DNA from: Bdellovibrionales bacterium
GTDB lineage: Bacteria; Bdellovibrionota; Bdellovibrionia; Bdellovibrionales; UBA1609
Direction of reading: 5' to 3'
NCBI GenBank assembly: GCA_965261545.1
Contig: CBDHDF010000007.1
Location: 224,001-288,000 of the forward strand
Length of the DNA stretch: 64,000 bases
In this document: piece after piece, positions 33,472 to 44,318 of the stretch
Layout: the number at the start of each line of letters is the position of its first letter
How positions within the stretch are numbered: position 1 is the stretch's first letter
The notes under the pieces: generated by a model
The model's database searches: none
What the model saw: only the letters and a program-made list of their open reading frames with translations
What the model was told of the DNA's origin: nothing
Program-made: the position numbers and the translations under genes

Positions 33472-35370
33472 CCTGAAATCCCTAAAAGTTGTAACTAGGT
33501 GTAGGACTTAAGTCCTGATTATTGTCTGAGAAGGCCTTCACTTTGATTAAGAGATTGTCATCTCTTCAAAAGCATAGTTACAATATTAACGATGTCATAC
33601 ACTTTTGAGCAAAAAAATAAGGGAAAAACCTATGTCTATAAAGTTGAAAGCTTTTGGGACAAGGAAAAAAAGCAGGCCAGGCAAAAACGCATCTACCTTG
33701 GAAGAAAGGATGAGTTTACAGGTCAAATTAAGACCAAAAGAAAAAAGATTCCCATAGGCTCCTATAATGTGGGAGCCTTATTTTTCTTAGAGAAAATATG
33801 CGAACAACTAAATCTTCTAAAAACATTGTCTAAAATTTATCCAGATAATTACGAACATTATTTGCATTTAGCTTTTTTTAAAATAATCAAAAGAGAGCCC
33901 TTTTATCTTTACGATATGTGGTGTCAAGAAGCTTATGTTTCAAAGAAAAATTTTATGTCGTCACAAAAAATAAGCAATCTCTTATGTGATCTTGGGAGAG
34001 ATCAAAAAAAGATAGAATCTTTCTTTAGCGAATGGATAAATCAAGTGAAGGGTTCTGGTACGGTAATGTTTGACATCACATCCTTTTCTTCCTACTCTAT
34101 GAATAATGAATTTTTAGAGAAAGGTTACAACAGAGATGGAGAGAATCTCGAACAAATAAACTTAGGTCTGATAAGTAGGAAATCTGAAGACAATAAAACT
34201 CATACGCCTATAGCGTACAGAATCTATCCTGGAAGTATACCGGATGTCAAAACTTTATCGAATATTATTGAGATCATAACAAGTTATAAATTAGATTTAG
34301 ATTGTTTAGTTATGGATAAGGGTTTTTCTAGTGTAGAAAATATTAAGGGACTGCATCGTAAGGAATTGAAGTATTTGATACCCATGAGTTTTAGAACAAA
34401 ACTCTCAAGAGAGCTTGCTGTGGCTTTAAATGAGAAAATAAAATCTCCATCATGCTCTTTTACTTTTAATGAGGAAATTTATTCGCATTGCAAAGAATCA
34501 ATAAAAATCGGAGGATTTGATTGTACGGCTCATATTTTCTTAGACAAAGAAAGAAGGGTTTATGAGGAATCTGTGTTAATGAAAGAGTTGCTTGATTTTA
34601 TGAAACTCTTTCTTGAGAAAGATTTGAAATCAGAAGAACAAGCTAGTTCCTATATGAAAGAAACTTTAGGAAATAAAAAAAGGTTTCTCAATATCTCTGA
34701 TTGCACTCCATTTAAGATTTCTTTAAATGAAGAAAATATTAATGAAGAATCTTCTACGCTGGGTATTATGATATTAATTACAAATAGTCATGATTTAAAG
34801 AAAACAAATATATTGAGTTTATATCGAAACAAAGATATCATTGAGAAAGTATTTTTCTCATTCAAGCATGATATTAATGGAAGGAGAAGTCGAGTTCATT
34901 CTCTCATGAATATGAGGGGAAGCATCTTTATTAATTTTCTCTCTTTAATTTTAATTTCACATATTGATACTGTTATGAAAGATAAGAAGTTATATAAAAA
35001 AATGTCTAAAATAGAAATTTACAAAATGATGGACCGATTAAAATTTTATGAATTAGCTACAGGTGATCTGATGCTTGGAGAGCTGTCTAAAAAACAAAAG
35101 GATATTTTTTCAGCCTTCCAAATAGATGGGCTTCCCAAGACAAAATGATGTTTTTTATCTGTTTCAAATGTGACGGTGGCTGTGGCTACCACTATGCCTC
35201 ATCTATCCAATGGGGACGAAGAGGACCTTTCGCAGCAAATTCTTATGAATCATATTAAATATATTAATACTATTAAACCTCTCAAACCGTTGACAGCAGC
35301 CAATTCCATAGGAAGAGAGGAAAGTTAACGCAATACATTAAACCTAGTTACAACTTTTAGGGATTTCAGG
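33472..35370 (+). mobile_element. IS1634-family element, intact
   Basis: 29-bp perfect IR CCTGAAATCCCTAAAAGTTGTAACTAGGT; 6-bp TSD TAGCTA. Confidence 0.92.
33592..35148 (+). CDS. IS1634-family transposase
   Basis: FDITSFSSYS, GYNRDGENLEQIN, MDKGFSS, YRNKDIIEKVF. Confidence 0.9.
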   Translation: MSYTFEQKNKGKTYVYKVESFWDKEKKQARQKRIYLGRKDEFTGQIKTKRKKIPIGSYNVGALFFLEKICEQLNLLKTLSKIYPDNYEHYLHLAFFKIIKREPFYLYDMWCQEAYVSKKNFMSSQKISNLLCDLGRDQKKIESFFSEWINQVKGSGTVMFDITSFSSYSMNNEFLEKGYNRDGENLEQINLGLISRKSEDNKTHTPIAYRIYPGSIPDVKTLSNIIEIITSYKLDLDCLVMDKGFSSVENIKGLHRKELKYLIPMSFRTKLSRELAVALNEKIKSPSCSFTFNEEIYSHCKESIKIGGFDCTAHIFLDKERRVYEESVLMKELLDFMKLFLEKDLKSEEQASSYMKETLGNKKRFLNISDCTPFKISLNEENINEESSTLGIMILITNSHDLKKTNILSLYRNKDIIEKVFFSFKHDINGRRSRVHSLMNMRGSIFINFLSLILISHIDTVMKDKKLYKKMSKIEIYKMMDRLKFYELATGDLMLGELSKKQKDIFSAFQIDGLPKTK

Positions 35371-35856
35371 TAGCTATACAACCTGCTTCATTAAGGCCAT
35401 CTCTTATCATCTCTTCTGTCTTTAACATTGAACTGGATAATGGAATTATCAACTCAATAGTGACTGAGTTTGAACTACTTGATTTTAACTTTGCCTTTGG
35501 TTTTGACATAATACCCTCCTTGGTCGTAAGTCCAGCTAAAATAAAGTATCCCAAGGAATAAGGTATTTGTCTACAAATAATTACAGTATATCATTAGCAC
35601 ACCCTAAAATTCACTCGACAATCAGGATTTGAATCATTGAGTGAAACATCATTTATGAATCGAAATTCATGTGTCACTCCCATAGGTGTTCGTGGTTTTT
35701 TTCTAATTTTAATTCCGAATTAATGGAAATACTTTTCAAGCCTCCTTTTTTACATAGAGGGAAGTGGGCGATTTATAAATATTTATAGATGGTATTTTGA
35801 GAAATGGACGCAGATTGACATTTGATATCCACGACAAGCCATGTGTTTTAAGAGAC

Positions 35857-36321
35857 TTAATTGTGTAACGAAAGAACTGTGGACTTTTGGGAACAACAGA
35901 ATTTAAATTTCTTTCCACTTCCGCATGGACAGGATTGATTTCTTCCAATTTTTTCGCTTTGGTCATTTTTCTGCTGTGATGCAGACATATCTTCAGTTAC
36001 AATTTTTTTTTGCTTTTCATCTTCCAAATCCTCATCCAAATTATCAAAAAGAATATCTCCTAGATTCTGGTGAAAGTAACGATTTTTAAATTGAGATATG
36101 AGCATCATAAAAATACATGTAAGAACCAAAAGTGTGAGTGAAGCAAAAAACAAAGAAGATGCTTGCATCTGAGTTAATGGGAGGATGAGTGCCAGTAAAT
36201 AACCAAATCCAAATACCAATAAGGAAATAAGAAGAGATATAAAGGATCCCAAAGAAAGTAATATTAAAAGTCCAAAAATCATTGCTATTTTTTGCTCCTG
36301 TCGAATACAATGAATCCGCAT
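35857..36321 (-). CDS. Membrane protein with C-terminal SEC-C zinc motif (IS passenger)
   Basis: Two hydrophobic helices; KIGRNQSCPCGSGKKFKFCC. Confidence 0.85.
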   Translation of the reverse strand: MRIHCIRQEQKIAMIFGLLILLSLGSFISLLISLLVFGFGYLLALILPLTQMQASSLFFASLTLLVLTCIFMMLISQFKNRYFHQNLGDILFDNLDEDLEDEKQKKIVTEDMSASQQKNDQSEKIGRNQSCPCGSGKKFKFCCSQKSTVLSLHN

Positions 36322-37519
36322 AGATACAAGTGAGTTATCTACAGACTTAATGATTCTCGCGTTAGTATCTTAATAGGTCAAGATTAATTGGAGGAAATTT
36401 TTATTTTTTAAACGCAGGGGGCAAATATGAGCACGGAAGCTCAAACACTTAAAACGATCAAAAAATGTTTCAAGAAAGTTATTCCTGAAAAGGACTCTCG
36501 GGCAACCATTCCACCTCTTGAGTTTATTGTGGCTCTTGTCTTGTCATTCCAGGGAGACTCTAAGACATATTCAATAGAGGGAATTAGGAGGTTTATGATA
36601 AGTCATTTAGGATTAAGAATTGAAAGACACAGCTTCTGGGAAAGACTCTCTAGAAAAAGATTAAAAGAGCTTCTGAGTAAACTGGTTGAAATGCTCATGA
36701 TAAAGCTATCTCATGGAGCTTTTCATGGGAGCAAAGCCATATTATTACAACTGGGAGTCTCAGACGTTCTTCTTGTTGACTCAAGCACAATAAGCCTTTG
36801 GGATGGAGCATCTGAGAATTTTCCAGGGACAAGAACAAACGCAGGAATTAAATGGCACGCTTGTTTCAGTTTATTCAGTGGTATAATGACTTGGTTCGAA
36901 TTAACTCCGTCTTCCACTAACGATAGGAAGTGCTTTCCTGATATAAAGGAACTCGTTGGAAAATTAGTCATCTTTGATTTGGGATATTGGGACTATGGCT
37001 TATTGTCATCTATTCATGAAGCTAAAGGATTTTTCTTGTCTAGAGTGAAGTCAAATGCCTCTATTCTTATTGATGCTGTTGTTGAAGGTTTGCCAGATTA
37101 CTATGTTGGAAAAGAGTTCTCTGATATTAAACTCAAGAAAAAAACGATGTTGTTGAATTTATAGGCAGTGTCTTGTCCAATGGTAAATGGGTAAGTTTGA
37201 GAATTGTAGGCTTCTGGAATTCCTCCGAAAAACGCTATCATTGGTATTGCACGAATTTAGATGTGGCAGCGGAGTCCATATATCCAATTTATCGTTTACG
37301 TTGGCAATGTGAACTTATTTTCAAATCTTGTAAGAATTCTTTGAATGCAAATCAGATCACCTCAAACGATCAAAATATGGCTATATCCGAGTTTCTCGGA
37401 GCCTAAAGTCCAAATTCCCTAGGGAAATAGCTAAAAACTGGATGTACAGGTTATTCCTAAGATTTGTACATAAAAACACGGAGGACAGGGCTACCAAATC
37501 ACTTGTGTGGAGAGCCGCC

Positions 37520-37612
37520 GTTATCCACAAGACTCACCCACAGCAGCGCTGCTTTATTGTGGCTCCCGAGGGCCATAGCCGCAGCGTCGCCATGGATGAG
37601 TCTGTGGATAAC
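37520..37612. repeat. Long imperfect palindrome with inverted DnaA boxes (shared motif, copy a)
   Basis: GTTATCCACA...TGTGGATAAC hairpin, homologous to 48665-48762 and 54814-54911. Confidence 0.85.
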
Positions 37613-37680
37613 TGACTCATCTTGGCGGAGTTAGTATGGGGAGGTGAATTGGAAAAAGAAATGTTGATCGACAATAAAAA

Positions 37681-38946
37681 CTATAATGTACAAAAACGCT
37701 TGGGGAAACTTCCAACAATATCCAAATCCCCAGCACACAAGTAAATCATATTCTCAAAACCCTGTAGGTTCTTAAATCCTGAAGCCCGATTTTTTATGAT
37801 CTTTAGAAGGCGATTGATTCCCTCAGCCTTGGCATTTGTGACAGGATCTTTAATGAAGGAAAGAATATTTTCTTGGTGCTTCCTGAGCATCAAGGCAAAC
37901 TTTTTCATAGAATCAATGCGTGATCTTAAGGCACGAGTGATCCAGGCATTCAGAAAATTCGCAGCATGACCTGGACTCACATAATCCCAGAAATGCTCAA
38001 AATTATCTTTAAGCAGCCATGCTCTGAATATTTTATTGTTAGATTTCTCCATGAGGTTAATTTTACGAGTTTGGGCTTTACTACGAGAGGATGAACTGTA
38101 GGCTATCAACCAGCGAGTTCCCTTAATAGCCTTTCTGTCCTTCTTGCAGGCATCTCTCCAAATTTCTTTTCTCACCTCATCCACAGCCCTGTTGAGGGAT
38201 TGAATAATGTGAAATTTGTCCAAAACGAGAGTAGCATTCTTACAATGCTCCTTGATAGAGGAGATGTAGCCTTGAGCCATATCACAACAAGCCACTCTAA
38301 TTTTGTCTCGCTGATATTGGCTGAGTTCCTTTGTAAAAAAGGAGTCTATTGTCTCCTTACCCTTACCTTTTCCAATCCAAACGACACAGCCTTTCTTCAT
38401 GTCGTAAATCAAGGTAATAAACTTCCTTCCCTTAGCATAAGAAATTTCATCGACTCCAATGACCTCCAAACCACGAATTTTGTGACCATCTCGTTCCCTG
38501 TGGATGATTCGATGAATAAGATCAGATAAGGTGGATGTGGGTATCTTGACAAGCTCTGAAACGGCTTTTTGGGTCATCTGCTTGGTCAGGGTCAGAATTG
38601 TTAGTTCCAGACGATAGGTGACTCGACTGAAGTGGTCGGCCCAAGGAATTCTCTCCATAATACGACCATGAGTGGGACACAGAACTTCCTTCGGAGAATA
38701 ATGGAAATAAATGGGGGTACCGCACACGACGATATCTCGCCACACTCTTTCTTCTAAGCATCTAAGTATCTTACAGCGGCGTCCACAATGAGGACAACGG
38801 CAGCCATTCTTATGGGGTTTAACCCCTAAGTGAAGTTCTTGATTTCGATTTTTAAATTTAACCCAAGTCACTTTTAAGAATGATAATTTCAACATCTTTA
38901 TAATAAACTTATTCAAGACCATGGCATCTCCTGTATTATTTTCCAA
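37681..38946 (-). CDS. ISL3-family transposase
   Basis: CPHCG zinc finger, CPTHG, IGVDEISY, DMAQGY, DKFHII, TNAKAEGIN. Confidence 0.95.
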   Translation of the reverse strand: MENNTGDAMVLNKFIIKMLKLSFLKVTWVKFKNRNQELHLGVKPHKNGCRCPHCGRRCKILRCLEERVWRDIVVCGTPIYFHYSPKEVLCPTHGRIMERIPWADHFSRVTYRLELTILTLTKQMTQKAVSELVKIPTSTLSDLIHRIIHRERDGHKIRGLEVIGVDEISYAKGRKFITLIYDMKKGCVVWIGKGKGKETIDSFFTKELSQYQRDKIRVACCDMAQGYISSIKEHCKNATLVLDKFHIIQSLNRAVDEVRKEIWRDACKKDRKAIKGTRWLIAYSSSSRSKAQTRKINLMEKSNNKIFRAWLLKDNFEHFWDYVSPGHAANFLNAWITRALRSRIDSMKKFALMLRKHQENILSFIKDPVTNAKAEGINRLLKIIKNRASGFKNLQGFENMIYLCAGDLDIVGSFPKRFCTL

Positions 38947-39186
38947 TAAGTAAATTAAGAGATTAAACCATGGTTTTTTTATGGGTAAAGTAATGAGGGG
39001 GATAAATCATGGAAATTGAATTATTTTCTTGGTTTTTAATGCGGTAATTCTGCGACGTCGAAATTAGGCCCATTTTCTGTTGAGAAACTCGGATATACCC
39101 CAAAATATCATAGAGAGTCTTCTTCTTGCTTCATTAGCGGCTCACCTCACATCAAGTGTTGTTTTGAGGATAGGAAGAACTAAAGT

Positions 39187-42100
39187 AACATTCATGGGGG
39201 CGCCTTGCTTCCCCACCCACGCCCATGAATCTTATCTAGGCCCCCACTTCTTTGCACGAAGCAACTCGGTGGACAGCTTCGCTGGTCTATATAATTGGCC
39301 TCTTTTAGTTACTCTGGACTTTTGATGGTATTTTTGTCATGTATGATTCCGATACAATAAAGGATAAAGCAATAACATTATTGGAAGGTGATAAGATGAG
39401 TGGCCGTTGAATAGATTGGTAATTTTAATTCCGTGAAGTAACATGGTCTTGAGCTTTGGATCGAACCCACGCATGTACCTGCACTCTGAGTGTATGGACG
39501 TATAGTAAGTTGACCTATTTTCGCTTTAGAATTTATGGCAAAATCCCAAGGCTCTAGTTTTATCACCTTCTTTTTTTCTAACAGAAAGGAGGAGTCATGT
39601 GGATATTATTTATAGTTCTGTTTGTGGAATAGATGTTCATCAACATATGTTGATGTGTACGATTGTCAAAGTGGAAGACGGTAAGAAGAAGTTTTTCACA
39701 AAAGAGTTCAAGAATTTTCCAAAAAATTTTCCTAGAATGCGCTCTTGGATGAAGCCACATAAGGTTGAGAGAGTTCTTTTTGAGAGCACAGGGATTTATT
39801 GGAATTCTTTATACGATGATTTGACAGAAAAAGGTTATGAAGTAGATGTTATCAATGCCTTTCATGTCAAAAATATTACTGGTAAAAAAACTGACGTGTT
39901 GGATAGCCAGTGGATTGCAGAGCTTGGTGCTTGTGGTCTTCTAAGAGCTAGCTTCATTCCTCCACGTGAGATTCGTTCTATTAGACTTTTGGCTCGTTAT
40001 CGTACAAAAACGATCCGCCAAATATCTTCGGAACAAAATCGTATGTATAAGGTTCTTGAATATTCGCATTCGTTTAACATTCATGGGGGCGCCTTGCTTC
40101 CCCACCCACGCCCATGAATCTTATCTAGGCCCCCACTTCTTTGCACGAAGCAACTCGGTGGACAGCTTCGCTGGTCTATATAATTGGCCTCTTTTAGTTA
40201 CTCTGGACTTTTGATGGTATTTTTGTCATGTATGATTCCGATACAATAAAGGATAAAGCAATAACATTATTGGAAGGTGATAAGATGAGTGGCCGTTGAA
40301 TAGATTGGTAATTTTAATTCCGTGAAGTAACATGGTCTTGAGCTTTGGATCGAACCCACGCATGTACCTGCACTCTGAGTGTATGGACGTATAGTAAGTT
40401 GACCTATTTTCGCTTTAGAATTTATGGCAAAATCCCAAGGCTCTAGTTTTATCACCTTCTTTTTTTCTAACAGAAAGGAGGAGTCATGTGGATATTATTT
40501 ATAGTTCTGTTTGTGGAATAGATGTTCATCAACATATGTTGATGTGTACGATTGTCAAAGTGGAAGACGGTAAGAAGAAGTTTTTCACAAAAGAGTTCAA
40601 GAATTTTCCAAAAAATTTTCCTAGAATGCGCTCTTGGATAAAGCCACATAAGGTTGAGAGAGTTCTTTTTGAGAGCACAGGGATTTATTGGAATTCTTTA
40701 TACGATGATTTGACAGAAAAAGGTTATGAAGTAGATGTTATCAATGCCTTTCATGTCAAAAATATTACTGGTAAAAAAACTGACGTGTTGGATAGCCAGT
40801 GGATTGCAGAGCTTGGTGCTTGTGGTCTTCTAAGAGCTAGCTTCATTCCTCCACGTGAGATTCGTTCTATTAGACTTTTGGCTCGTTATCGTACAAAAAC
40901 GATCCGCCAAATATCTTCGGAACAAAATCGTATGTATAAGGTTCTTGAATATTCAGGCATTCGTTTAACCTATGCAATGTCTAAAGCTGACTGCGTATCT
41001 GGTATGGCCATGATTCGTGCCATAGCTAATGGAGAGAGATCAGTTTCTAAATTGATGTCTCTTGCCAGAGGGTCTTTACGTCAAAAGACCGAAGAATTTT
41101 CTTACGCCCTGTCGGGAAAGATGACGGAAGAAAATCGTTTTGTTCTTCAACGCATTCTTGATCGAATAGATTTTTTGAAAAAAGAATGCTCTCAAATTGA
41201 AGAAGAACTTTTCATTCGTATGAAACCCTATGAAAGGCAGTGGCATCTACTCCAGACTATACCTGGAATTGACGAATTAAGTGCAGCGCTTTTGATTGCA
41301 GAAATAGGAGGCAATGTGAAGTCTTTTAAAAATAAAGGAAATTTTTGCTCCTGGATGGGGATTTGCCCATCCAATAATGAGAGCGCAGGAAAAAAAGTCT
41401 TCACGAACGAGGAAAGCGAACACATATGTGAAATCGTTGGTATGTGAGATGGCCAATAGTGCTATTAAGACGAATTCACAATTCAAAGGCAAATACCAAT
41501 CACTTGTTATAAGGCGTGGGCACAAGAGATCAGTGATTGCCGTTGGTCACAAAATGATGGGAGTTGTTTATTCAGTCATAAGTAATGACACCCCCTACAA
41601 AGACCCTGGAATTGACTATGAAAAGCTCATGGTGAAAAAAAATGCACCAAGGTGGATTAGAGCGTTAAAAAAGTATGATTTCATGTAATGTAGGATGATT
41701 TAAAAACTCGGACATTTGAAAAAATTCGAAGAACGGATAGTGGATTCGTGCGTCCAAACTACCCCGGAGATTCATAGTAACCTATGCAATGTCTAAAGCT
41801 GACTGCGTATCTGGTATGGCCATGATTCGTGCCATAGCTAATGGAGAGAGATCAGTTTCTAAATTGATGTCTCTTGCCAGAGGGTCTTTACGTCAAAAGA
41901 CCGAAGAATTTTCTTACGCCCTGTCGGGAAAGATGACGGAAGAAAATCGTTTTGTTCTTCAACGCATTCTTGATCGAATAGATTTTTTGAAAAAAGAATG
42001 CTCTCAAATTGAAGAAGAACTTTTCATTCGTATGAAACCCTATGAAAGGCAGTGGCATCTACTCCAGACTATACCTGGAATTGACGAATTAAGTGCAGCG

Positions 42101-42592
42101 CTTTTGATTGCAGAAATAGGAGGCAATGTGAAGTCTTTTAAAAATAAAGGAAATTTTTGCTCCTGGATGGGGATTTGCCCATCCAATAATGAGAGCGCAG
42201 GAAAAAAAGTCTTCACGAACGAGGAAAGCGAACACATATGTGAAATCGTTGGTATGTGAGATGGCCAATAGTGCTATTAAGACGAATTCACAATTCAAAG
42301 GCAAATACCAATCACTTGTTATAAGGCGTGGGCACAAGAGATCAGTGATTGCCGTTGGTCACAAAATGATGGGAGTTGTTTATTCAGTCATAAGTAATGA
42401 CACCCCCTACAAAGACCCTGGAATTGACTATGAAAAGCTCATGGTGAAAAAAAATGCACCAAGGTGGATTAGAGCGTTAAAAAAGTATGATTTCATGTAA
42501 TGTAGGATGATTTAAAAACTCGGACATTTGAAAAAATTCGAAGAACGGATAGTGGATTCGTGCGTCCAAACTACCCCGGAGATTCATAGTAA
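39187..42592 (+). mobile_element. IS110 copy 4, split by self-insertion of copy 5
   Basis: 5' part 39187-40077 (with a 2-bp deletion near 40066); 3' part 41781-42592 resumes at TAA|CCTATGC. Confidence 0.93.
40076..41780 (+). mobile_element. IS110 copy 5 (A7 frameshift), inserted within the recombinase gene of copy 4
   Basis: Junctions CGTTT-AA-CATTC and ATAGT-AA-CCTAT. Confidence 0.95.
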
Positions 42593-42810
42593 ACTACCCC
42601 GGAGATTCATAGTAACATTCATGGGGGCGCCTTGCTTCCCCACCCACGCCCATGAATCTTATCTAGGCCCCCACTTCTTTGCACGAAGCAACTCGGTGGA
42701 CAGCTTCGCTGGTCTATATAATTGGCCTCTTTTAGTTACTCTGGACTTTTGATGGTATTTTTGTCATGTATGATTCCGATACAATAAAGGATAAAGCAAT
42801 AACATTATTG

Positions 42811-42997
42811 GAAGGTGATAAGATGAGTGGCCGTTGAATAGATTGGTAATTTTAATTCCGTGAAGTAACATGGTCTTGAGCTTTGGATCGAACCCACGCA
42901 TGTACCTGCACTCTGAGTGTATGGACGTATAGTAAGTTGACCTATTTTCGCTTTAGAATTTATGGCAAAATCCCAAGGCTCTAGTTTTATCACCTTC
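42811..42997 (+). ncRNA. Putative bridge RNA (target loop plus donor loop), present in every IS110 left end
   Basis: 11-bp closing stem GAAGGTGATAA/TTATCACCTTC; two internal loops whose strands match target and donor sequences. Transcript boundaries are unknown. Confidence 0.75.
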
Positions 42998-43025
42998 TTT
43001 TTTTCTAACAGAAAGGAGGAGTCAT

Positions 43026-44228
43026 GTGGATATTATTTATAGTTCTGTTTGTGGAATAGATGTTCATCAACATATGTTGATGTGTACGATTGTCAAAGTG
43101 GAAGACGGTAAGAAGAAGTTTTTCACAAAAGAGTTCAAGAATTTTCCAAAAAATTTTCCTAGAATGCGCTCTTGGATGAAGCCACATAAGGTTGAGAGAG
43201 TTCTTTTTGAGAGCACAGGGATTTATTGGAATTCTTTATACGATGATTTGACAGAAAAAGGTTATGAAGTAGATGTTATCAATGCCTTTCATGTCAAAAA
43301 TATTACTGGTAAAAAAACTGACGTGTTGGATAGCCAGTGGATTGCAGAGCTTGGTGCTTGTGGTCTTCTAAGAGCTAGCTTCATTCCTCCACGTGAGATT
43401 CGTTCTATTAGACTTTTGGCTCGTTATCGTACAAAAACGATCCGCCAAATATCTTCGGAACAAAATCGTATGTATAAGGTTCTTGAATATTCAGGCATTC
43501 GTTTAACCTATGCAATGTCTAAAGCTGACTGCGTATCTGGTATGGCCATGATTCGTGCCATAGCTAATGGAGAGAGATCAGTTTCTAAATTGATGTCTCT
43601 TGCCAGAGGGTCTTTACGTCAAAAGACCGAAGAATTTTCTTACGCCCTGTCGGGAAAGATGACGGAAGAAAATCGTTTTGTTCTTCAACGCATTCTTGAT
43701 CGAATAGATTTTTTGAAAAAAGAATGCTCTCAAATTGAAGAAGAACTTTTCATTCGTATGAAACCCTATGAAAGGCAGTGGCATCTACTCCAGACTATAC
43801 CTGGAATTGACGAATTAAGTGCAGCGCTTTTGATTGCAGAAATAGGAGGCAATGTGAAGTCTTTTAAAAATAAAGGAAATTTTTGCTCCTGGATGGGGAT
43901 TTGCCCATCCAATAATGAGAGCGCAGGAAAAAAAAAGTCTTCACGAACGAGGAAAGCGAACACATATGTGAAATCGTTGGTATGTGAGATGGCCAATAGT
44001 GCTATTAAGACGAATTCACAATTCAAAGGCAAATACCAATCACTTGTTATAAGGCGTGGGCACAAGAGATCAGTGATTGCCGTTGGTCACAAAATGATGG
44101 GAGTTGTTTATTCAGTCATAAGTAATGACACCCCCTACAAAGACCCTGGAATTGACTATGAAAAGCTCATGGTGAAAAAAAATGCACCAAGGTGGATTAG
44201 AGCGTTAAAAAAGTATGATTTCATGTAA
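43026..44228 (+). CDS. IS110-family DEDD recombinase (intact, 400 aa)
   Basis: GIDVH / FESTG / KTDVLD (DEDD RuvC-like), TIPGI, SNNESAG serine motif. AGGAGGAG RBS with GTG start. Confidence 0.96.
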   Translation: MDIIYSSVCGIDVHQHMLMCTIVKVEDGKKKFFTKEFKNFPKNFPRMRSWMKPHKVERVLFESTGIYWNSLYDDLTEKGYEVDVINAFHVKNITGKKTDVLDSQWIAELGACGLLRASFIPPREIRSIRLLARYRTKTIRQISSEQNRMYKVLEYSGIRLTYAMSKADCVSGMAMIRAIANGERSVSKLMSLARGSLRQKTEEFSYALSGKMTEENRFVLQRILDRIDFLKKECSQIEEELFIRMKPYERQWHLLQTIPGIDELSAALLIAEIGGNVKSFKNKGNFCSWMGICPSNNESAGKKKSSRTRKANTYVKSLVCEMANSAIKTNSQFKGKYQSLVIRRGHKRSVIAVGHKMMGVVYSVISNDTPYKDPGIDYEKLMVKKNAPRWIRALKKYDFM

Positions 44229-44318
44229 TGTAGGATGATTTAAAAACTCGGACATTTGAAAAAATTCGAAGAACGGATAGTGGATTCGTGCGTCCAAACT
44301 ACCCCGGAGATTCATAGT

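Larger units (their letters stand above)
30559..35604 (-). mobile_element. ISKra4-family element, transposase split by IS66 and IS1634
   Basis: IR GGGTGTGCTAA(C/T)GATATACTGTA at both ends; 8-bp TSD TAAAATTC. Fragments RFDADGSP, GVDGTC, DFWHASEYL, PIGSGVTEAACK. Confidence 0.9.
29941..35680 (-). mobile_element. ISNCY-like element remnant (3' part of transposase at 30118-30558 and 35605-35680), interrupted by ISKra4 and truncated by IS4-D
   Basis: GVTHEFRFINDVSLN..VNF|IEYKE..FSWVTD..RWKIENETFNTLKNLGYNFEHNFGHG; frameshifted. End motif CGGGAATTTCTG at 29941. Confidence 0.75.
37379..39100 (-). mobile_element. ISL3-family element, intact
   Basis: 19-bp IR GG(C/G)TATATCCGAGTTTCTC; 8-bp TSD CAAAATAT. 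Confidence 0.95.
35681..39184 (+). mobile_element. IS4-family element D, copy 1 (disrupted: A7 frameshift, ISL3 insertion, 3' end lost at IS66/IS110 junction)
   Basis: Left IR CATAGGTGTTCGTGGTTTTTT; colinear with copy 2 at 50594-52722. Confidence 0.9.
36427..39184 (+). pseudogene. IS4 transposase pseudogene
   Basis: A7 versus A8 at ~37138; interrupted by ISL3; truncated after IGRTK. Confidence 0.88.

Noticed and set aside
37520..37612. DnaA boxes as a chromosomal origin
   Set aside because: There are only two or three boxes per site, all inside IS elements, with no dnaA/dnaN context or obvious unwinding element.
42560..42800. Sigma-70 promoter formed across the IS110 circle junction
   Set aside because: I found no -35/-10 pair with acceptable spacing across the junction. 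The TATAAT-like hexamers in the left end lack a properly spaced -35.
42805..42993. 62-aa antisense ORF repeated in each IS110 left end
   Set aside because: It overlaps the structured RNA region and has no recognisable motif. It recurs only because the element is repeated.
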